DNA of 64,000 nucleotides from Actinomycetota bacterium (GTDB lineage: Bacteria > Actinomycetota > Actinomycetes > Actinomycetales > Microbacteriaceae), in NCBI GenBank assembly GCA_041158865.1, contig JBEBAN010000002.1, positions 2,471-66,470 on the forward strand, written 5' to 3'. The notes under the pieces are model-generated. The model searched no databases and was not told where the DNA came from. It saw only the letters and a program-made list of their open reading frames with translations. Shown piece by piece: positions 9,199 to 17,679 of the stretch (position 1 is the stretch's first letter; every line of letters starts with the position of its first letter). A program made the position numbers and the translations under genes.

Positions 9199-10218
9199 TT
9201 GTCCGCATACTCGGCATCGGCACCAGTGCCAACACAATCAAATCTGGCTTCGCTGGCCAAACTAATTCTTCGCATCACATTGGTTTTGGGGATACTTGGC
9301 GAAGTTGTCAGCGACGTGGCATTGGGCTACTTCATGGCAAGAGGCACCTATCAGCCATCCACGGGAGGATGGGCAATAATTGCAGTCGGTTTCTTGGGAT
9401 TGTTAATCATGGCCGGTGGTCTCTTACTCTCTAAGAAACTTTCGATCGTGGCAGTTGCACTTGCTGGCTTTGGAGTGTTCCTTAGCTCTTGCGTTTCCTA
9501 CTATGCGATGTCAATCATCGACCAGTGGTTCTCGTTCGACGTAGTTGTCAATCACCTTCCTGGTAAATCGCTTTACGACGCCTTTGTTTGGGCGGCCGAC
9601 ACCAGTGCAGACTGGGAACCTATGGCTTGGGTGAACTTCTTCGGCTGGGGATTGTTTACACCGCTTGCGGCAATCTTGATTTGGCCCGCCCTCATAGTGA
9701 GCTTGATTGCGATCGCTAAGAAACCATCAGCAACCCTTCCTATGGCCACCTCGCCAATGAACTTCGACCCAAACACAGGTCTTCCACTAAACAACAACAC
9801 AGGAGAACAGAACATGACCTACAACAACTTTGGTGGTTTCCAACAGCCAAGCGCAGAAGCAATTTGGGTCATCATGATCCCTGGTTACGGAGAGCAGCCT
9901 CTAAACGTATTCCAGCTTCGACAGATGGCCGTTGCAGGTCACATCAAGGGAGAGACCCCAATCAAAGACTCGAAGACAGGCAATGTTTTCATGGCCAAGC
10001 AGGTTCCAGGGATCTTCTCGCAGCGTGACTACGTAACCATGCTTCTAATTTCTTGGTTCCTAGGTGTCTTTGGCGTTGACCGCTTCATGCTCGGTCAGAC
10101 CGGCCTCGGTATTGCTAAGTTGCTGACCGCAGGTGGTTGTGGCGTTTGGGCTTTGATCGACTTCATCCTGATCGCAATGCGCAAGGTAACCGACAGCGAA
10201 GGTCTACCGCTGGCCTAA
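9199..10218 (+). CDS. Multi-TM protein with C-terminal TM2 domain
   Basis: LLISWFLGVFGVDRFMLGQTGLGIAKLLTAGGCGVWALIDFILI is TM2-like; TTG start with GGGGA upstream; possible internal start at 9814. Confidence 0.8.
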   Translation: MSAYSASAPVPTQSNLASLAKLILRITLVLGILGEVVSDVALGYFMARGTYQPSTGGWAIIAVGFLGLLIMAGGLLLSKKLSIVAVALAGFGVFLSSCVSYYAMSIIDQWFSFDVVVNHLPGKSLYDAFVWAADTSADWEPMAWVNFFGWGLFTPLAAILIWPALIVSLIAIAKKPSATLPMATSPMNFDPNTGLPLNNNTGEQNMTYNNFGGFQQPSAEAIWVIMIPGYGEQPLNVFQLRQMAVAGHIKGETPIKDSKTGNVFMAKQVPGIFSQRDYVTMLLISWFLGVFGVDRFMLGQTGLGIAKLLTAGGCGVWALIDFILIAMRKVTDSEGLPLA

Positions 10219-10229
10219 AAGCCTTTGCA

Positions 10230-10268
10230 GAAATCCCTCGGTTTTTCGCCGGGGGATTTCTTCTTTTT
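10230..10268 (+). terminator. Intrinsic terminator ending the FN3-to-TM2 operon
   Basis: Hairpin GAAATCCCTCGG-tttttcg-CCGGGGGATTTC followed by TTCTTTTT. Confidence 0.8.
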
Positions 10269-10301
10269 GCGTAGGCTGAGAGTAAGACGATAGAGGTAGT
10301 T

Positions 10302-10697
10302 ATGAACATCGACTGGGATGGCCTTCGCGAAGTTGCGAAGGATGCAATGGGGAAGGCGTACGCGCCATATTCGAAGTTTCCGGTTGGAGCTGCTGCCATC
10401 ACCGAAGACGGCCGCATCGTGGCTGGTTGCAATGTAGAGAACGCTTCGTATGGTGTTGGTCTTTGTGCCGAATGCTCGCTAGTTTCTAACCTCACGATGA
10501 CCGGTGGTGGCAAGCTAGTTGCCTTCACCTGTGTTGATGGTCACGGGAATGTCTTGATGCCTTGCGGTCGTTGTCGCCAGCTGCTCTTCGAGCACTCTGC
10601 TAGCGGAATGATTTTGGAAACCGTTTCGGGGGTAAAAACCATAGACGAGGTTTTGCCAGATGCGTTTGGCCCTCGTGACCTCGAGGAGCGTAAGTAA
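10302..10697 (+). CDS. cdd: Cytidine deaminase
   Basis: AYAPYSKFPVGAA, GCNVENASYG..LCAE, PCGRCRQ. Confidence 0.96.
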   Translation: MNIDWDGLREVAKDAMGKAYAPYSKFPVGAAAITEDGRIVAGCNVENASYGVGLCAECSLVSNLTMTGGGKLVAFTCVDGHGNVLMPCGRCRQLLFEHSASGMILETVSGVKTIDEVLPDAFGPRDLEERK

Positions 10698-11977
10698 TGT
10701 CGTTTGATGCTGTGCAACTAATTCTGCAAAAGCGTGAGAAGGGTGAACTTTCCACCGCTGGAATCAACTGGTTGATTGAGAATTACACAAAAGGCGTGGT
10801 CGCCGATGAGCAGATGAGTGCCATGACCATGGCAATTCTGTTAAACGGAATGAACCGCAGAGAGATCACCGACCTAACCATGGCGATGATTGCCTCGGGA
10901 GAGCGTCTGGATTACTCGAAACTTGGAGTTCCAACCGCAGACAAACACTCTACAGGTGGCGTGGGTGACAAGATCACCTTGACGCTAGCTCCGCTGGTTT
11001 CGGTATTTGGTGTTGCCGTTCCTCAACTCTCTGGGCGAGGTCTCGGTCACACCGGAGGAACTCTAGACAAACTTGAGTCGGTGCCAGGTTGGCGGGCTGC
11101 ACTTTCCAACCAGGAAATGTTTGATCAACTTCAGAAGGTTGGCGCAGTGGTTTGTGCTGCTGGTAGTGGCCTGGCTCCTGCCGACAAGAAGCTCTACGCT
11201 CTTCGCGATGTGACCGGAACCGTTGAGGCGATTCCGTTGATTGCTTCGTCGATCATGTCCAAGAAGATCGCCGAGGGAACCGGTGCTCTGGTGCTCGATG
11301 TGAAGGTCGGCTCTGGTGCTTTCATGAAAGATCTAGACCGCGCTCGCGAACTGGCTCAGGTCATGGTGCAGATTGGCGAGGACGCCGGGGTCAAGATCTC
11401 CGCGCTACTTACCGATATGTCCACTCCACTCGGCCGCAAGATTGGTAACGCGCTCGAGGTCGAGGAATCGGTTGAGGTTCTCGCCGGCGGAGGCCCTGCC
11501 GATGTGGTTGACCTAACCGTGATGCTCGCCGAGGAGATGCTTCGTCTTGCAGGCAAACCTGGCGAGGACGTGCGTGCTGCTCTTCACGACGGACGAGCCA
11601 TGGATAAATGGAACGACATGATTTCGGCGCAAGGGGGAGACCCTAAGGCTGAATTGCCAAAGGCCAAGTTCTCTCACACCGTGCTTGCCGAAGAGACCGG
11701 CTCGATTACCAAGCTAGATGCCCTTGCTGCGGGTATTGCCAGCTGGCGTCTCGGTGCTGGTCGTGCTCGCAAGGAAGACCCAGTTCAGGCTGGTGCTGGC
11801 ATCGTGCTTCACAAGGTTCAGGGCGAATCGGTAGTCAAGGGCGAGCCGCTGCTGACTCTCTACACCGACGAAGAGGCACGCTTCGAACGTGCGCTTGAGT
11901 CGCTCTCGGGTGAAATTGTGATTGGTAGCGAGGCAAAGCCTCGTCAGCTGTTGCTAGATCGCATCCAGGGCGTTTAG
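10697..11977 (+). CDS. deoA: Thymidine/pyrimidine-nucleoside phosphorylase
   Basis: DKHSTGGVGDK, SGRGLGHTGGTLDKLE, LIASSIMSKK. Confidence 0.95.
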   Translation: MSFDAVQLILQKREKGELSTAGINWLIENYTKGVVADEQMSAMTMAILLNGMNRREITDLTMAMIASGERLDYSKLGVPTADKHSTGGVGDKITLTLAPLVSVFGVAVPQLSGRGLGHTGGTLDKLESVPGWRAALSNQEMFDQLQKVGAVVCAAGSGLAPADKKLYALRDVTGTVEAIPLIASSIMSKKIAEGTGALVLDVKVGSGAFMKDLDRARELAQVMVQIGEDAGVKISALLTDMSTPLGRKIGNALEVEESVEVLAGGGPADVVDLTVMLAEEMLRLAGKPGEDVRAALHDGRAMDKWNDMISAQGGDPKAELPKAKFSHTVLAEETGSITKLDALAAGIASWRLGAGRARKEDPVQAGAGIVLHKVQGESVVKGEPLLTLYTDEEARFERALESLSGEIVIGSEAKPRQLLLDRIQGV

Positions 11978-13186
11978 CAGGTCACGAATCAGGTCGTCTG
12001 GGTGTTCCAGGCCAACCGATAGTCGAACCGTTCCATCGGTAATTCCAGCCTTCGCGCGAACCTCAGGGGCTAAGCGCTTGTGGGTGGTAGTCGCCGGGTG
12101 AGTGGCAAGCGACTTCGAGTCACCGAGGTTGTTCGAGATGTCGATTACCTGCAGTGCGTTCATGAAGCGGAAGGTTTCCTGTGCGGTTGCGTCGAAGGTG
12201 ATCGCAACCATCGAACCGCCTCCGCGCATCTGCTTCTTGGCAAGTTCGTAGCCTTTGTGGCTCTTCAAGAATGGGTACTTGATCGAAGCAACCTTAGGGT
12301 GCTTCTCAAGAGCTTCGGCAATCATCAGCGCGCTCGAAGACATCTTCTCAACACGCATCGAAATGGTCTCGAGAGACTTCAGTAGAACCCAAGCGTTGAA
12401 TGCGCTCATCGATGGCCCGGTGTGGCGGATGAATGGCTTGAGCTGTTCGTTGATGTACTTTTCAGAACCTAGGACGGCACCGCCGAGAACGCGACCCTGG
12501 CCGTCGATGTGTTTGGTTGCCGAATACATCACTACATCTGCACCTAGCTTCAGCGGGTTCTGCAGAACCGGGGAAGCCATCACGTTGTCAACGATTACCG
12601 TTGCACCACTCTTGTGGGCAAGGTCGGAAATCATCTTGATGTCTACGATCTCCATGAGCGGGTTGCTCGGAGATTCTAGGAATACCGCTTTGGTCGGCTT
12701 CGATAGAGCTTCGGCCCAGGCGGCTTCGTCATTTCCTTCAACTAGGACGGTCTCGACACCCCACTTTGGAAGGATTTCGGTAAGCACAACGTAGCAAGAG
12801 GAGAACATAGCCATCGACGCAACTACGCGGTCACCAGCCTCCACTAGACAGGCTACGGAGGCAAACATGGCTGCCATTCCAGAAGCAGTAGCCTTGCACG
12901 CCTCAGCGCCCTCTAAAGCCGCTAAGCGACGCTCAAACATGGCTACGGTTGGGTTATCAAAGCGTGCGTAAAGGAAGTGCTCGGTTTCATCGGCAAATGC
13001 GGATGCAGCCTGCTCAGCCGAGTCGTAGGTAAAGCCAGATGAAAGGTAGAGAGCCTCGCCGGTCTCACCGAAACCGCTACGAGCCAAACCACCGCGAACC
13101 GCTACCGTGTCTGGGTGAAGATCCCACTCGGCAGGGGCGGCGTCAACAGGCGACTGATAGCCCCAAGGGCGGTTGCGTTTGGTCAT
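11954..13186 (-). CDS. metZ: O-succinylhomoserine sulfhydrylase
   Basis: RSGFGETGEALYLSSGF, YSATKHIDGQGRVLGG, NNLGDSKSLATHPATTTH. Confidence 0.92.
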   Translation of the reverse strand: MTKRNRPWGYQSPVDAAPAEWDLHPDTVAVRGGLARSGFGETGEALYLSSGFTYDSAEQAASAFADETEHFLYARFDNPTVAMFERRLAALEGAEACKATASGMAAMFASVACLVEAGDRVVASMAMFSSCYVVLTEILPKWGVETVLVEGNDEAAWAEALSKPTKAVFLESPSNPLMEIVDIKMISDLAHKSGATVIVDNVMASPVLQNPLKLGADVVMYSATKHIDGQGRVLGGAVLGSEKYINEQLKPFIRHTGPSMSAFNAWVLLKSLETISMRVEKMSSSALMIAEALEKHPKVASIKYPFLKSHKGYELAKKQMRGGGSMVAITFDATAQETFRFMNALQVIDISNNLGDSKSLATHPATTTHKRLAPEVRAKAGITDGTVRLSVGLEHPDDLIRDLLNALDAI

Positions 13187-13206
13187 TAGTAAATATTAGG
13201 CGAGAT

Positions 13207-13677
13207 TTACTCTTCGCCGATGTCTTCATTCCAAAGCGTAGGGTTGGCTTCGATGAAGTCGGCCATAAGTTTGATTAGCTCTGGGTCGTTCATGACATGG
13301 AGTTCGGCGCCGTGCTCGGCAACCCAATCCTGTCCGCCCATAAAGTTTTTGTCGTCCCCAACCAGCACGCGGCCGATACCAAACTGGCGAATCAAGCCGG
13401 AGCAGTACCAGCAAGGGGAGAGGCTGGTAGCGAGCGTGACCTTGCGGTAGCTCTTCTGGCGACCGGCGTTACGGAATGCGCTGGTCTCGCCGTGCATCGA
13501 AGCGTCACCTTCCTGCACACGCAGGTTGTGACCACTTCCGAGGAGACGGCCTTCCTCGTCGAAGAGAGCAGCCCCAATTGGGATTCCACCTTCGGCTAGG
13601 CCGAGGTGTGCCTCGGCAATGGCAACTTGCATCTTCTCTTCATCAGTGCTGAAGATCTGACCAACTTTTAATTCCAT
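13207..13677 (-). CDS. Zn-dependent cytosine/nucleoside deaminase (CDA fold, yeast Fcy1-like)
   Basis: GLAEGGIPIGAAL, HGETSAFRNAG, LSPCWYCSG, WNEDIGE C-terminus. Confidence 0.88.
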   Translation of the reverse strand: MELKVGQIFSTDEEKMQVAIAEAHLGLAEGGIPIGAALFDEEGRLLGSGHNLRVQEGDASMHGETSAFRNAGRQKSYRKVTLATSLSPCWYCSGLIRQFGIGRVLVGDDKNFMGGQDWVAEHGAELHVMNDPELIKLMADFIEANPTLWNEDIGEE

Positions 13678-13704
13678 TGCCGAGGCTCCTCGTCTAAGGG
13701 TTTC

Positions 13705-15330
13705 TTACTTCTTTGAAGGTATGGTTGCGATTACCAAGCCGGTAACGGCTGGTGACCAGACCACAGAGAGCCAGAAGAATACGCGTTCGTTTCGTCCCTT
13801 CTCGGCTGCAGCCGCTGCAACACGGACGCTGATGTAGAAGTAAAGGTTGATTGCTCCAGCAATAGCTGCGTAGATCAATCCAGCAATACCAGCAAGGTAA
13901 ACCAACGCGATGTAGAACGCTGCGGTTGCCAGAATCATAGTAAGTGACCACTTCTTGCTTAGGTTTTTTGCCAATTCAGGCTTCAACAGCAGATACAGAC
14001 CTGCTGCGGTAACGAAGCCTGCTACTGGAGTCAAGTCACCTAGTGCCTTGGCGAAGCCACCGCTGTAGGCTACCTGGTTAGCGAAGAAATAGATCGACAA
14101 CAGAACTGAAACGACTAGCGAAATTACACCTGCATCGTTGTAGTTCTTCTTGTTGTCAGAGATAACGTCTTCAACCTTGCCATTGCGAGCCAAGCGGTCA
14201 ACCGAGACAATTGCGATCCAAGGAGCAACCCAGTATGCAACGACCAGTAGGAAGTTCTCGAACGAGTGTCCGAGGTCTTCAATTACCGAATAGGCAACGG
14301 CGGTTCCAACAACACCGGAAATAAGTGCAACGATCGCGCGGCGAGTCTTTACGCCGAGCTTTAGGCCCATGGCCAACACGCTGATTGCTCCCGAGTAGAT
14401 GTTCAGCACGTTAGCCGAAACAGATCCAACGGCAATGCATAGCAGCAAGATTGGGGTAATCCACGAGAAGCCCTTAGCGTCCAGGGTGGCAGCGAACAGG
14501 CTAGTTGGGTTCGATGCATCGTAGACAGCTGGTCCAACAATGGTTACGAATGCGGCACCAACGCTCATGAGCAGGGTGGTACTTAGGAACATACCTGAAC
14601 CCGCAGCAAGAGCTACTTGCTTAGGCTCCGAGTTTGCTGGAAGGTAGCGAGTGTAGTCAGATGCAAACGGAGTCCAACCGGCGGTGTAACCGTAAGCGGC
14701 ACCTGCGGTCAGAGTGAATCCAACGAGGGTTGGCATGTCTGGGTTTAGATCGAGCGAGGTGTTCGAGTTTGCTAGAACAACTACGGTCACGATTGCGAAA
14801 ACAACAGCCAACACGTAGAACGCATAGCGCTCAAAAACGTGAATGAAGTTGTGGCCAATCAGAGCGATGATGATTTGCGCTGCCGCAATAATCAACAATG
14901 CGATGCCGATGTCCATACCGCTCATAGTTGCCAAAGCAAATGCACCAGATAGCGAGTTAACTGCGAACCAGCCAATACCAGCGGTGACTGTTACAAGTGC
15001 CGATGGCAGGATGTTGCCTCTTGCTCCGAATGCGCTTCGGCCAAGGACCATCTGCGGTACGCCAAGCTTTGGGCCCCAGCTGCTTAGCCAGCCGTGGGTA
15101 ATGACTCCAAGCAGGTTACCGACAGCGATAGCGAATACCGCGGTCATCAGGTCTAGCCCAAAGTACATGACTGAGAGCATTCCTACGAATATGGTTGCGA
15201 ACTCTAGGTTCGGGGACGACCAAACTGTGAATAGGTGCCACGGTTTGCCGTGACGTTCGCCCGATGGGATCGGGTTAACGTCGTTGGTTTCGATTGCACC
15301 TGCCGAAGCAGGGTTGGTTTTGTTTGTCAT
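13705..15330 (-). CDS. Purine-cytosine permease (NCS1 family) with C-terminal membrane extension
   Basis: ERHGKP..LF..W.SPN, GPKLGVPQMVLGRSAFG, W.PFASDYTRYLP; start moved to ATG 15330, which follows a -10 TAACTT. Confidence 0.88.
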   Translation of the reverse strand: MTNKTNPASAGAIETNDVNPIPSGERHGKPWHLFTVWSSPNLEFATIFVGMLSVMYFGLDLMTAVFAIAVGNLLGVITHGWLSSWGPKLGVPQMVLGRSAFGARGNILPSALVTVTAGIGWFAVNSLSGAFALATMSGMDIGIALLIIAAAQIIIALIGHNFIHVFERYAFYVLAVVFAIVTVVVLANSNTSLDLNPDMPTLVGFTLTAGAAYGYTAGWTPFASDYTRYLPANSEPKQVALAAGSGMFLSTTLLMSVGAAFVTIVGPAVYDASNPTSLFAATLDAKGFSWITPILLLCIAVGSVSANVLNIYSGAISVLAMGLKLGVKTRRAIVALISGVVGTAVAYSVIEDLGHSFENFLLVVAYWVAPWIAIVSVDRLARNGKVEDVISDNKKNYNDAGVISLVVSVLLSIYFFANQVAYSGGFAKALGDLTPVAGFVTAAGLYLLLKPELAKNLSKKWSLTMILATAAFYIALVYLAGIAGLIYAAIAGAINLYFYISVRVAAAAAEKGRNERVFFWLSVVWSPAVTGLVIATIPSKK

Positions 15331-15442
15331 AGGTAAAAAGTTACCTGTTAATTTGCTGGGAAAAGGGTGACTTGCGGTGATTGGCCATATTGTTTTACAC
15401 ATTCGCAACAAATCTCTGTCACGGGGGTTATTTTGGAAGCCT

Positions 15443-16231
15443 ATGAGCCTGATTAAGACCGTTCAGAGTGGTGATTACCACTGGGATGTCTACGCCACCG
15501 AGCGAGATGAATTCCTACTGTCTTTGGAAATTACAAATATCGATTCCGAGAAAAGCACAGCCGATCTCGAGTGGGATATGGGTTCGGTAATTGGTAAATC
15601 TGAAGAGTATGTAATGGCATTTAGATTTGCTGCAAGGGTGGCCATTTTCGAACGCAAAATCTGGACCCTAAAGACCACCGCTCGAATAGAAGATGCAGGT
15701 GCAATCTTCTGTTTCAAGTCAGCTGGCTACTTGACTGGTCGCGAATTCGGTTCCGGATCGAGCCGGAGGTTGCGCCTCAGCTGTGATCGATACGATTTGG
15801 TTCGCAAGATTGCCGAAACCGAAATGGGTAAGCATCTCGATATGTCGGTGTGGCGATTCGGCTGGGATTCAGCCAAGCGCAGGTTGGGTGTTTGTAAGTA
15901 TGCCGAGAAACTGATCTCGCTGTCTCGCTACTTTGTAGATCTGCATTCGCTGGATGAAATTCACCAAGTGATTTTGCATGAGGTTGCCCACGCAATCGCT
16001 GGCTCCAATGCTGGCCACGGGAAGAAGTGGAAAGATACTGCTACGAAACTTGGTTATCGCCACAAGAAGATATCTGGCGACGAGATCGGCAACGCCACTG
16101 CCAAGCTAGTTGGAACCTGCCCGAACGGTCACATCAACTATCGTCACCGAAAGCCGAAGACTCCACTCTCTTGCGGAAAGTGTTCTACACGGTTTGATAA
16201 CCGGTACTTGATTACCTGGGCTACCCGATAA
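15443..16231 (+). CDS. SprT-like Zn metallopeptidase domain protein with an additional N-terminal domain
   Basis: W.F.WDSAKRRLGVC, ILHEVAHA, GHGKKWK, CPNGH...CGKC. Confidence 0.85.
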   Translation: MSLIKTVQSGDYHWDVYATERDEFLLSLEITNIDSEKSTADLEWDMGSVIGKSEEYVMAFRFAARVAIFERKIWTLKTTARIEDAGAIFCFKSAGYLTGREFGSGSSRRLRLSCDRYDLVRKIAETEMGKHLDMSVWRFGWDSAKRRLGVCKYAEKLISLSRYFVDLHSLDEIHQVILHEVAHAIAGSNAGHGKKWKDTATKLGYRHKKISGDEIGNATAKLVGTCPNGHINYRHRKPKTPLSCGKCSTRFDNRYLITWATR

Positions 16232-17096
16232 GTACTGCGGTGATTAGCAGCATGGTCACCAGGAACCCGGCGAAGAAGTTCAGGTAGATGAATTGCTTCC
16301 ATCCCTTGTTGGCGCTTTCGCAAGTTTCGTCGGTGATGTTTAGGTAGGGAAGCAGTACCCCTAGATAGGGAACTGCAACGATTGCCGAGAGGTTCCAAGG
16401 CCAGCCGAGGGTGAGTAGATAGAAGCCGGCTGCGAGATACATCACGAAGGCAACGCGAGTTGTGTTGCGAGCGCCGAAGTAGGTGGCGATGCTGGAGATT
16501 TGTCCCTCGCGGTCTGCCTTTACATCCTGCACGGCACCGAATGCGTGAGATGCCATTCCCCAGAGGGTGAATGCGATGATGATTGCCGAGAGTTTTGGAT
16601 CATTCAGGTTTTGGTTGGTTAGTGCCAGGCCGAATATCATCGGGCCAACGAAGTGGCTGGCCGAAGTGATCGAATCGAGCACTGGCTTTTCTTTGAAGCG
16701 AAGGTGTTTTGCCGAGTAGGCGAGGACTGTGAACACGAAGAGCAAGAGCCAAAGGCTGCTTGGAAGGTTACCAACCGCGATTAGGTAGATGACGAATGGG
16801 ACGCAACTGAGAATTGAAGTCCAGATTATGGTGCGGTGGATTTCCTTGGGTAGTAGCGCACCTTCAATTCCGCCCTTGCGAGGGTTTCTTAGGTCACTCT
16901 CGTAGTCGAAGACGTCGTTGATTCCATACATCAGCAGGTTATAGGGAATCAGGAAGAAGAGGGTTCCAACCCAGAAGGTGAGGTCTAGTTTCTTGGTGAC
17001 CATGAAATATGCTGCGGCAAATGGGTAGGCGGTGTTGATCCAAGAGATTGGACGCGATGACCAGAACAGGTATCCGAATTTCTTTCCCAGAGTCAC
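16221..17096 (-). CDS. crtEb: Lycopene elongase (UbiA-family prenyltransferase)
   Basis: SSRPISWINTAYPF, MYGINDVFDYESD..NPRKGG.EGA, MASHAFGAVQDV.ADR; crt cluster context. Confidence 0.9.
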   Translation of the reverse strand: MTLGKKFGYLFWSSRPISWINTAYPFAAAYFMVTKKLDLTFWVGTLFFLIPYNLLMYGINDVFDYESDLRNPRKGGIEGALLPKEIHRTIIWTSILSCVPFVIYLIAVGNLPSSLWLLLFVFTVLAYSAKHLRFKEKPVLDSITSASHFVGPMIFGLALTNQNLNDPKLSAIIIAFTLWGMASHAFGAVQDVKADREGQISSIATYFGARNTTRVAFVMYLAAGFYLLTLGWPWNLSAIVAVPYLGVLLPYLNITDETCESANKGWKQFIYLNFFAGFLVTMLLITAVLIG

Positions 17097-17374
17097 TTAT
17101 TTAGCGCCTTCCAAATCGCTGGAACCAATAGCACCGCGACAACCGTGTAAGCGAAGTCTTCGATTGGTACTACCCCTATTTTGAGGCCGATTAGCTTCGA
17201 TTCGTCATATGCAACGATGCCGGAGAGAACGATCAAGTTATCGAATACCGCGGTGAGGATCAGCATTGGAAGTGCGACCACAGGTTTCGTTAGGCATTGA
17301 TATTTAGCGTTCAGGATTAGCGTTGCGGCTGTGGCAAATGCGAGAAAGAACAAGTTCAGATCCGAGTAGTTCAT
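17093..17374 (-). CDS. crtYf: C50 carotenoid cyclase subunit
   Basis: LTAVFDNLIV..GIV.YD....G..IG..PIEDFAY; ATG 17374 overlaps upstream stop (ATGA). Confidence 0.82.
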   Translation of the reverse strand: MNYSDLNLFFLAFATAATLILNAKYQCLTKPVVALPMLILTAVFDNLIVLSGIVAYDESKLIGLKIGVVPIEDFAYTVVAVLLVPAIWKALNK

Positions 17375-17679
17375 TTTTTGTCTCGGTCGAACACGTTGGC
17401 AACTATCAGGGTTGTGTAGCAAAGAAGGGCGAGGAAGAACAATTCTTCTATCGGGAAATCTTTCGCGATCATCAAGCCGGTCAGAAGATCGCTCTTGCCC
17501 TTGAAGAAAATGCCGCTGGCGATTCCGGTGAAATCCCAAATTACAAAAAGCAGGTAGGGGGCGCCGATTGCAATGGAGGCAGCTTTGGGGTTCTTCGCGA
17601 AGCCAAGTTTGAATCGAAAATCTAGAGCTGCCAATCCCGCGAGCGAGATTAGTAGCAAACCTAGATAGACGAAACTCAC
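17371..17679 (-). CDS. crtYe: C50 carotenoid cyclase subunit
   Basis: [29 protein letters not shown]. Confidence 0.82.
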   Translation of the reverse strand: MSFVYLGLLLISLAGLAALDFRFKLGFAKNPKAASIAIGAPYLLFVIWDFTGIASGIFFKGKSDLLTGLMIAKDFPIEELFFLALLCYTTLIVANVFDRDKK

